DNA of 42,873 nucleotides from Actinomycetota bacterium (GTDB lineage Bacteria > Actinomycetota > Thermoleophilia > Gaiellales > Gaiellaceae). Position 1 is the stretch's first letter. Each line of letters opens with the position of its first letter. The DNA is taken from the NCBI GenBank assembly GCA_039648845.1, contig JBBWZE010000244.1, positions 1 through 42,873 on the forward strand, written 5' to 3'. The notes beneath the pieces are model-generated. The model was not told the origin of the DNA, did not search any database, and saw only the letters and a list, made by a program, of their open reading frames with translations. Below are positions 33,812 through 40,504 of the stretch, piece by piece. The position numbers and the translations under genes were made by a program.

Positions 33812-34356
33812 CGAGCTACCAGCCAGTCGATGACATCCTGAGCATTTCGATCCGGAGGAAACACCGGATAGAAGACCATGACGATCTGGCCTTGCTCGGC
33901 GACCAGAGCCAGCCGCTTGTAGAGCGTCAGGCCTTCGATGTCGAAGGTCGGTAACCCCGGATCACGCGCCAGGTCGAGCCACTCGTCGCTGATGACGGGA
34001 AACGGCATTCGATTGCGCTCGGCGAACTCGATCTGGTCGTCGAGACTCTGGGCGCTCAGGCCGGCTACGCGCGCGCCGAGCGCGGCCAGCTCCGCGCTGT
34101 GATCTCGGAACGCGCAGGATTGCGGGGTGCAGCCCCGGGCTCCCGGAATGTCGTCCCAGCCGGGCAGTAGCTCCCGGCCAGGCCGCCCTGCACGCGGATA
34201 GACGTAGAGCACCTCGAAGTCCCGCACGTTGACGGCGCCTTGCGAAGACGGCAGCACCAGGTCGGGAAGCTCGCTGCCGGTCAAGTCGTCGACAGCCCCG
34301 TCGTCAACAGGAACCGGCAGGCCGTCGGGGAGGGCGTAGGGGTCGTGCACGATCAC
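33808..34356 (-). CDS. Peroxiredoxin/redoxin-like thioredoxin-fold protein (Bcp-like CxxxxC)
   Basis: 'VLYVYPRAG...PGARGCTPQSCAFRDHSAELAALGARVAGLSAQS...FAERNRMPFPVISD' parallels the Bcp/AhpC-TSA layout. GTGA overlaps on both sides. Confidence 0.65.
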   Translation of the reverse strand: MIVHDPYALPDGLPVPVDDGAVDDLTGSELPDLVLPSSQGAVNVRDFEVLYVYPRAGRPGRELLPGWDDIPGARGCTPQSCAFRDHSAELAALGARVAGLSAQSLDDQIEFAERNRMPFPVISDEWLDLARDPGLPTFDIEGLTLYKRLALVAEQGQIVMVFYPVFPPDRNAQDVIDWLVAR

Positions 34357-34832
34357 GCAGCTTCCGCGCGTCGCCTCGCGGCTCGGAGCACGGCCATCCG
34401 GATGAGCCCGCTGAACGGACGGACGATGCGCCAGTAATGCTCGAACTTTCTCCGCGAAACCGGATCGGGGACGTGGACGCGCGTCTCGGTCGCCAGACTG
34501 CCCGGCAGCGCGCGAAAGTCGAGCACCGCCGTGGCCGGAGCTTCCGGCCCTCGGCCGCGCAGGCGCCAGAATTGACCGCTCAACGTCAGGACGAGCCCCT
34601 CGCCCGGGACGTCCTCGAGAACGGTCGCGCGCGGAACCATCGACCCAAGCACCGTGTCCGCTCCCTCCCGCGGCCCGAGGCCACGCGCCAGCAGCAGCGC
34701 GCGCACGAGCGGAACCTCTTTGAACGTCACCTCGCGGAGGGCTCGGTCGGCCCGAAGCGGATCAACAGTGATCGAGACTGTATGCCGCGTCGAGAACTCG
34801 TACGCCGGTAGGAATGCATCCAGGTTCTTCAT
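34353..34832 (-). CDS. Hypothetical protein (159 aa), unknown function
   Basis: ORF tightly coupled on both sides by NTGA overlaps. I could name no motif with confidence; a SRPBCC/DUF2867-like fold is possible. Confidence 0.5.
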   Translation of the reverse strand: MKNLDAFLPAYEFSTRHTVSITVDPLRADRALREVTFKEVPLVRALLLARGLGPREGADTVLGSMVPRATVLEDVPGEGLVLTLSGQFWRLRGRGPEAPATAVLDFRALPGSLATETRVHVPDPVSRRKFEHYWRIVRPFSGLIRMAVLRAARRRAEAA

Positions 34833-36070
34833 GCAACCCCGCAGATGCGCTGAGCCACGAGGGCGTACACCTGCGCGATCTTGACCAGGCCGTCGACGTC
34901 GAGGTTCTCGCCGAGCACCGGATCGGGGAGGCCGCTCGACGTGCCGTAGTTGACGCTCTCGATCCCGTAGCGCGTCAGCGCGGAGGCATCCGAGAACCAG
35001 CGCACCGTGTCGCGTTCCGGCTTCGCGCCGAACACCGCAGCGTGCGCCTCGTCGATCGCGCCGATTAGAGGGTGATCCTCGGCGATCTCGGAGCCCGGCG
35101 CAGTGACGTAGATCTCAGACTCGATTCCATGGTCCGGGAAACGCTCGCGCAGGCCGCGGACGAAGTTACCGAGAGCGGTACGCGCCTGCGCCATCGACAT
35201 GCTCGGGGGCACACGGAAGTCCACGAACAAGTCGGTGCGCTGTGGCGTCCGCGAGGCCCGCCAGGCGAAGCCGCCGTTGATCGCGCCGACGTTGACGATC
35301 CCGCTCTCGCCACCGTAGGAGGTCCACTCCTCCCACTCAGGTGCGTACTCGAGTACGGCGTCGAGCACGTCGCGCATGCGGACGATCGATGTCTCGTTGC
35401 GCCGCCCTTCGCTGAATGCGGTGTGGATGAACGGGCCATTCGTCGAGATGCGCATCCAGATCGCGCCGTAATGGCCGAGCACGATCTTCTGCTCGGTCGG
35501 CTCGCCAAGGATGCACATGTCAGTGACCCCGCCGTGCGTGGCTAGGAAGCGCGAGCCGGCTGCGTATCCCCGGTACTCGCGGCCGACGAAGTCAGGATGC
35601 CACTGGGTCTTCTCGATCTCGCCGGACACGCAGGCGATCATCAGGTCGCCTTTCAGACGTATGCCGGCGTCCTGCAATGCGCGCACGGCCTCCAAGTAGC
35701 AGGCAAGTGCACCCTTCATGTTCGAGATGCCCAGCCCGTAGATGCGACCGTCCTGGACGAAGCCGTCCGGCTGGAAGCCCCGGATTCCCTTGAGCCACGG
35801 CTCCCGGCCGGAGTACGAGGTGTCCATGTGCCCGTTGAACATGAGCGACTTGCCGCCGCCGCCCTTCGTTTCCCAGAGGCCGACGACGTTCGGCCGCCCG
35901 TCCTCGACCTCCTGCCACTGCACCTGCAGGGCCATGTCGTCGAACTCATCGCGGACGCGTTCTCCCATCGCCTGCTCAGCGCCCGTGGCGCTCGGAATCG
36001 AGACGAGGTCGACGGCAAGGCGGACGAGGCGATCCGCGTCGACGGCCGCGACGGTTTCCTGGGCCCTCAC
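34829..36070 (-). CDS. M20-family metallohydrolase (ArgE/DapE/ACY1-like deacylase)
   Basis: 'LMFNGHMDTS', 'GLGISNMKGALA', 'SGEIEKT' and a C-terminal 'WFSDAS', matching the M20 catalytic/dimerisation layout. 413 aa with a GTG start. Confidence 0.8.
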   Translation of the reverse strand: MRAQETVAAVDADRLVRLAVDLVSIPSATGAEQAMGERVRDEFDDMALQVQWQEVEDGRPNVVGLWETKGGGGKSLMFNGHMDTSYSGREPWLKGIRGFQPDGFVQDGRIYGLGISNMKGALACYLEAVRALQDAGIRLKGDLMIACVSGEIEKTQWHPDFVGREYRGYAAGSRFLATHGGVTDMCILGEPTEQKIVLGHYGAIWMRISTNGPFIHTAFSEGRRNETSIVRMRDVLDAVLEYAPEWEEWTSYGGESGIVNVGAINGGFAWRASRTPQRTDLFVDFRVPPSMSMAQARTALGNFVRGLRERFPDHGIESEIYVTAPGSEIAEDHPLIGAIDEAHAAVFGAKPERDTVRWFSDASALTRYGIESVNYGTSSGLPDPVLGENLDVDGLVKIAQVYALVAQRICGVA

Positions 36071-36121
36071 GGGCGCAGTCTACGAGCAGGCCGCGGCCCG
36101 GCGCCGGGGAAACGTGCCGTC

Positions 36122-37462
36122 CTAGGCGAAGATCTCGGTGGTGCAATCTCCGTTCTGCAGTCGCACTTCGTGTGCGCGAGCGGGCCCACCGGGTCGGTCG
36201 TCGAAGTCCACGAAGAACCCCTGGTCGACTTCCATGCCGCCGCCAGGATCGCAGTCGATCTTGAGCAACCAAGAGCGCAACCCAGGATAGAACTGGTTGT
36301 CCCAGGTGGAATAGAGCGAGTTGGTGACGTACAGGCGCCTCCCGTCGAAGGAGAGTTGCAGCATCTGGGGCCCTCCGTTGAGCTCGCGACCCGCATCGTT
36401 GGGCCGGCCGAGCACACCGCCGAGCCAGAGCTGCCCCGTCAGCTTCGGTTTACGCGGGTCCGAGACGTCGTACTGGCGAAGGTCGCCTTGCAGCCAGTTC
36501 GAGAAGTAGAGGAAGTGATCGTCCATCGAGAGCACCAGATCGGTGATCAGCCCAGGTACGGGGAAAGGCCAGCCCTCGTGCTCGACGCCATCGACGGCGA
36601 TCACCTGCTCGACTCGCCACTCGCTGTTTTCGCGGTACCAGTGGAACATCGTGCTCGAAAGCGCTGCGCCGACGAAGCCGCTCTCGGCCTCCGGATCGTG
36701 AAGCCAGCGAACCTCGAGGGGAATGAGACCGCTGTCACCAAGGTCGACCGTCTGCTCGAGCTTCCTCTCCTCGAGATTCCAGAAATGCAGACGGCGCCCA
36801 TAGCGGCCTGCGCCTACGTCGTCGAGCTCGAACCCCGGCTCGTAGGCATTCGGTTCGCCGAACTCGGACGAAACGAGGACGTTCTTGCGCGGCTGGTACC
36901 AGAAGTCGTAGTTGAGCGGCGGTCGCTCCCCGCCGTTCTCCCACCGCCCCTTGAGCTCGAATGTCTTCGCATCCAGGACCGCGAAACCGCCTGATCCGTT
37001 GCCCTCCGCATCGCCGAGCATGCTGACCACGACGTTGTCGCCGGCCATGCAGTGCACGGTGTGAGGTCGCGTGTAACCCGTTTCGCGGACGACGTCCTCC
37101 GGCTCGATCACCTTTTCGACGTGCGGACGGCGTGGATCGTCTGCGACGTTGACAACGTGGATGCGCGATGAGCGGAAACCCGGCACGATCAGATGCGAGC
37201 GCTCCGGTCCGTGGCAGGCCGAGCTGCACCGGTTCCAGCCGTAGTGGTGAAGCTCATCGCCGACGTTCGGCATCGGCGTCTCATGGATGATTCGCCCATC
37301 CTCCGCATCGACCACTGCGAGGAAGTCGGGTGCGGCGACCCCGGTGCCCTCGTGCAGGCACCCGACGTACAAGAATTCCTCAGCGGGAGCCCCAAGCGCC
37401 TCTTCCGGTGAAGCGTAGAACGAGGCGGGGCGGCTATGCGGGTCGGTGTGATCGTGAGCCAT
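36122..37462 (-). CDS. Selenium-binding protein 56 (SBP56) / methanethiol-oxidase family protein, with no signal peptide
   Basis: ATG at 37460-37462 with the strong SD AAGGAGAG. 'HHYGWNRCSSACHG', 'RIHVVNV', 'YTRPHTVHC', 'FWYQPRKNVLVSSEFG' and 'LYVTNSLYSTWDNQFYP' are hallmark SBP56 segments. The track ORF runs on to 37702. Confidence 0.9.
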   Translation of the reverse strand: MAHDHTDPHSRPASFYASPEEALGAPAEEFLYVGCLHEGTGVAAPDFLAVVDAEDGRIIHETPMPNVGDELHHYGWNRCSSACHGPERSHLIVPGFRSSRIHVVNVADDPRRPHVEKVIEPEDVVRETGYTRPHTVHCMAGDNVVVSMLGDAEGNGSGGFAVLDAKTFELKGRWENGGERPPLNYDFWYQPRKNVLVSSEFGEPNAYEPGFELDDVGAGRYGRRLHFWNLEERKLEQTVDLGDSGLIPLEVRWLHDPEAESGFVGAALSSTMFHWYRENSEWRVEQVIAVDGVEHEGWPFPVPGLITDLVLSMDDHFLYFSNWLQGDLRQYDVSDPRKPKLTGQLWLGGVLGRPNDAGRELNGGPQMLQLSFDGRRLYVTNSLYSTWDNQFYPGLRSWLLKIDCDPGGGMEVDQGFFVDFDDRPGGPARAHEVRLQNGDCTTEIFA

Positions 37463-37499
37463 CGTTCTCTCCTTTGATCTCGAGAACCCGTGAGCGAAT

Positions 37500-37545
37500 G
37501 GTCTAAACCCTCCCGCCCGGTCTGTCAATGACCGGTCGGATGCGG
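37500..37545 (-). promoter_or_regulatory. Intergenic control region: imperfect hairpin after the LLM gene, overlapping a candidate promoter for the SBP56 gene
   Basis: On the minus strand: CCGACCGGTC-attgaca-GACCGGGCGG (9/10 bp), then TTGACA (37528-37523), a 17-nt spacer and TAGACC (37505-37500). The -10 element is weak. Confidence 0.3.
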
Positions 37546-38577
37546 TTATTTGAAGTGTGGCACCACCTCCTTGCCGAACAACTCGATCTGTTCGTGCCGG
37601 CGGTCGCCCCAGAGCTCGAGCATCACGTGCGTGCAGCCGGCCTCGCGGTACTCCTCGATCGCAGCGATGCAGTCGGCGGGGGTGCCGGCGATGGGCTTGC
37701 ACTTGTCGAGGATCTGGTCGGTCACCTTCGCCTTGGCCGCCAGCCGTCCGCCCTGCTCCATCGCGTCCGCGACGGGTCGGATCTCGTCCTGGGTCAGCCC
37801 GGCAAGGTCGAGCAGCGTGTCGGCTGCTCCCTTAATGTTCTGCACCTTGTTCGCGAGGTACATGCCGGCAATCTCCCGCGCGCCGTCACGTCCTTTGCCA
37901 TGGTCGGACTCGTGGATCGACGCTACAACGGTGCAGCCGATGTCGATGTCGGCATCGACGTTCTCGCGCGAGTAGCGGACGAAGGCGGGAGTCGTGATCG
38001 ACGGCGTCAGGCAACCGTCGGCGATCTCCCCGGCAAGCGCCTGCATCTTCGGGGCGGTGGCGGCGATGTAGACCGGCGGCACGTCACGCGGCGTCTGCGC
38101 TTCGTCCTGAAGGCCCGGCACATCTGCGCTCCACGTGTCGCCCTCATAGCTGAACGGCCTACCCGAGAGGACGCCGCGGACGATCTCGACCGCATCGCGC
38201 ATCGGCCCAAGAGTGCGCTTGCCGTTCAGCCGGGCGTTGTTCAGGAAGATCTTCGAGGTGCCGAAGCCGAGCAGGAACCGACCCGGCCCCGCAGCCTCCT
38301 GCACGACGCGCGCGTCCATGGCGACCTGCACGGGGTGGCGTGTGAACGGCGAGATGATCCCCCAGCCGACGGTCAGGCGCTCCGTCGCCTTCGCGATCAG
38401 ACCGGAGACGACGGTGGACGAGCGTGCTTCCATCCCGTGCTTCCGCCACCAGGGGTAGGCCTCGGCCAGCCAGATCGTGTCCATGCCGGCTCGGTCCATG
38501 ACGCGTGCCGACTCGAGCATCTCTTCGAGCGGCTCCATCGTCAGTTGCATCACCCCGATGCGAAAGGGCTGCGACAT
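37546..38577 (-). CDS. LLM-class (luciferase-like) flavin/F420-dependent oxidoreductase
   Basis: 343 aa with 'AGMDTIWLAEAY' and 'FLLGFGTS', and overall resemblance to Mer/F420-dependent LLM proteins. SD is AAAGGA. Confidence 0.8.
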   Translation of the reverse strand: MSQPFRIGVMQLTMEPLEEMLESARVMDRAGMDTIWLAEAYPWWRKHGMEARSSTVVSGLIAKATERLTVGWGIISPFTRHPVQVAMDARVVQEAAGPGRFLLGFGTSKIFLNNARLNGKRTLGPMRDAVEIVRGVLSGRPFSYEGDTWSADVPGLQDEAQTPRDVPPVYIAATAPKMQALAGEIADGCLTPSITTPAFVRYSRENVDADIDIGCTVVASIHESDHGKGRDGAREIAGMYLANKVQNIKGAADTLLDLAGLTQDEIRPVADAMEQGGRLAAKAKVTDQILDKCKPIAGTPADCIAAIEEYREAGCTHVMLELWGDRRHEQIELFGKEVVPHFK

Positions 38578-38607
38578 TACGGCGATCCTTTCATGGCGAG
38601 GGTTCGA

Positions 38608-39822
38608 TCAGCTGCTCCCGTCGACGAAACTCGCAAGTGTCGTCTCGCTTGGGTCACGGCCCGCTGCGCGGGCGTAGAGCTCGGCAAGCGTCAGCGATGT
38701 CCCGACGCCGTCGGCCGAACCATGCGCAGCGAGCCAGGCCGAGGCCTCGTCGGGATTCAGTGAGGCAAATTCGATGTTCGCAGCGCAGCGCCCGGGCCGT
38801 GCGACGGCGGGGTGCAGCTTCCGGATCGGCTCGTTGGTCGTGACGAGAACGAGGACTCTCAGCCCTTGACCGATCAGCCCATCGACGACGTTGAGGAATC
38901 GAGAGAGACCCTGGCCGATCACCGCTTTGGCGTCAGGCGTCAGCAGTTCACCCGTATCCTCCAAGACGAGCACGCGCCACGCTTTGCCGGAGCTACCTTC
39001 TTCCCCGTCGGCGGCCTCGTCTTCGCTGTTGGGCGTCGTGGTCTCACCGATGCTGACGCTCATTCCACCTTGCCCGATGAATCCGTACGCGGAAGGCACC
39101 GTCATCCCCATGTACTCAGGCTGGAGGAGGACGCTCATCAGGTAGTCCGCGTGTTGGCCGAAGAACGTGTCCGGATCGACGATGTAGTGGAAGTCGCACC
39201 ACTCGCGCCATTCCCACGCAAGTGCACGGAGCCCAAAGGTCTTGCCGGTTCCGGCCATTCCGTGCCAGAGAACCAACTGGCCACCGTGGGCCGGCTGCCA
39301 GCCACTCATCAAAGTGTCGAGCTCGCCGCGAGTGTTGCCTGGGTAATTGTCGCGGATCTCGTTCCAAGCCGGAACCGCGATCGAGCGCCACGACGGCATC
39401 GGGCCATGCGGGCCGTACGTCCAGAAGGTAACCGTTACCTCGTGGGCGGAACTTGGATCCGGAGCCGGGATTTCGCCCCGCAGCCGTTCGAGCAACCCCT
39501 CGATCGCCTCGCCGGACTTAGCGGCAGCAATCAGGTAGACGTTCCCTGAGATGAGGTGGATCTGCAGCAGAACCTCGCCGACTTCGACCACCACCACCTC
39601 CCCACCTCCGACCGTCGAGCGGAAGATCGGCTGCCCGAGCCGCGGCAATTCTCGGGCAGACGTCGCCCAGCCGTCACGTCGTACTTCGCGGTCGCCGCGC
39701 TCGAGCACTCTCGCCGTGAACACGCCGCCGGCCAGGCCGTCGTGCTCAACTTGGTGCGTCAGACGCAGCCTGTCTTGGTCTCCACCCTGCATGGGCTTCA
39801 CCCTAGCCACGCCTCCCCTCAA
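38608..39822 (-). CDS. Classical-clade AAA ATPase with an uncharacterised N-terminal domain of about 180 aa
   Basis: Walker A 'GMAGTGKT', Walker B-like 'VLVLEDTGE', sensor-1 'VLVTTN' and second region of homology 'LHPAVARPGRCAANIEF'. Start is TTG 39822 or ATG 39792. A/T-ending codons look more frequent than in the neighbouring genes. Confidence 0.8.
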   Translation of the reverse strand: MRGGVARVKPMQGGDQDRLRLTHQVEHDGLAGGVFTARVLERGDREVRRDGWATSARELPRLGQPIFRSTVGGGEVVVVEVGEVLLQIHLISGNVYLIAAAKSGEAIEGLLERLRGEIPAPDPSSAHEVTVTFWTYGPHGPMPSWRSIAVPAWNEIRDNYPGNTRGELDTLMSGWQPAHGGQLVLWHGMAGTGKTFGLRALAWEWREWCDFHYIVDPDTFFGQHADYLMSVLLQPEYMGMTVPSAYGFIGQGGMSVSIGETTTPNSEDEAADGEEGSSGKAWRVLVLEDTGELLTPDAKAVIGQGLSRFLNVVDGLIGQGLRVLVLVTTNEPIRKLHPAVARPGRCAANIEFASLNPDEASAWLAAHGSADGVGTSLTLAELYARAAGRDPSETTLASFVDGSS

Positions 39823-39839
39823 AACGCAGCCGCTGTTTG

Positions 39840-40058
39840 CTACGGGTCTTCGGTGGACGTCGTGGGCCCGTCCGGGTCGGACTCATACGATTCCGGCGCC
39901 AACGGACTGAGCCCTTCCTCGGCACCGCTCGACCCTTCTGAATCAGCCGGGCCGTCTGCGGGCTCGCCCGCGTCCTTCAGCTCCGGGTCGGTCTTTGGGG
40001 CGTCGCGGTCGGTTGTCGGCTCGGGCGTGCCGGCGTTACCCATCTCGTCGCTGCTCAT
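39840..40058 (-). CDS. Tiny, highly acidic, Pro/Gly/Ser/Thr-rich (predicted disordered) protein, 72 aa
   Basis: The ATG at 40056-40058 overlaps the coxG-like TGA stop (ATGA), with a GGAGG about 9 nt upstream. Sequence: MSSDEMGNAGTPEPTTDRDAPKTDPELKDAGEPADGPADSEGSSGAEEGLSPLAPESYESDPDGPTTSTEDP. The track ORF (116 aa) starts further upstream in the same frame. Confidence 0.5.
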   Translation of the reverse strand: MSSDEMGNAGTPEPTTDRDAPKTDPELKDAGEPADGPADSEGSSGAEEGLSPLAPESYESDPDGPTTSTEDP

Positions 40059-40504
40059 TGCGCTTTCGCCTCCTGCACCTGCTTGTCGAGCGCGCCGAGC
40101 ACCTGGGACACCTGCTGGTTCACGATCGGCTGCAGAACGCGCTGCCCCATCGACGCAACCGGACCGAGGAGGTGCACGTCCGCTTCCCACTGCATGTTCG
40201 TTCCCTCGCCGGCCTCGCTCAGCTGGAACGACGTATCCATGTTCAGCACGGCGCCAACGCCGTTGCCCTTGGCGTGAAGCTTGGCGAACTCCGGCTCGCG
40301 CTCCTCCATCTTCTCGAAGTCGATCGACATCCGCAGGCCGCCGAGCCCGAGCGGGATCTTCACGTGCGCGCGCCAGTGCCTGTCGTCATGGATGTCGAAC
40401 GACTCCACCCCGGGCATCGTCTTCGCCATCTGTGCCGGGTCGTTCAAGACCTGCCAGACGGTTGCGATCGGCGCCTCGAATTGTCTTTCGCCGCTGACCT
40501 TCAT
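40055..40504 (-). CDS. coxG: CoxG-like SRPBCC family protein (carbon monoxide dehydrogenase subunit G family)
   Basis: 149 aa. 'MKVSGERQFEAPIATVWQVLNDPAQMAKTMPGVESF' is the typical CoxG N-terminus. ATGA overlap with the large-subunit gene. Confidence 0.8.
   Translation of the reverse strand: MKVSGERQFEAPIATVWQVLNDPAQMAKTMPGVESFDIHDDRHWRAHVKIPLGLGGLRMSIDFEKMEEREPEFAKLHAKGNGVGAVLNMDTSFQLSEAGEGTNMQWEADVHLLGPVASMGQRVLQPIVNQQVSQVLGALDKQVQEAKAQ

Noticed and set aside
39840-40058. The acidic 72-aa protein as a Pup-like or LysW-like carrier/modifier.
   Set aside because: The C-terminus is ...TSTEDP. It lacks both the GGQ/GGE of Pup and the EDWGE plus zinc ribbon of LysW. No Dop/PafA or LysX ligase gene is nearby.
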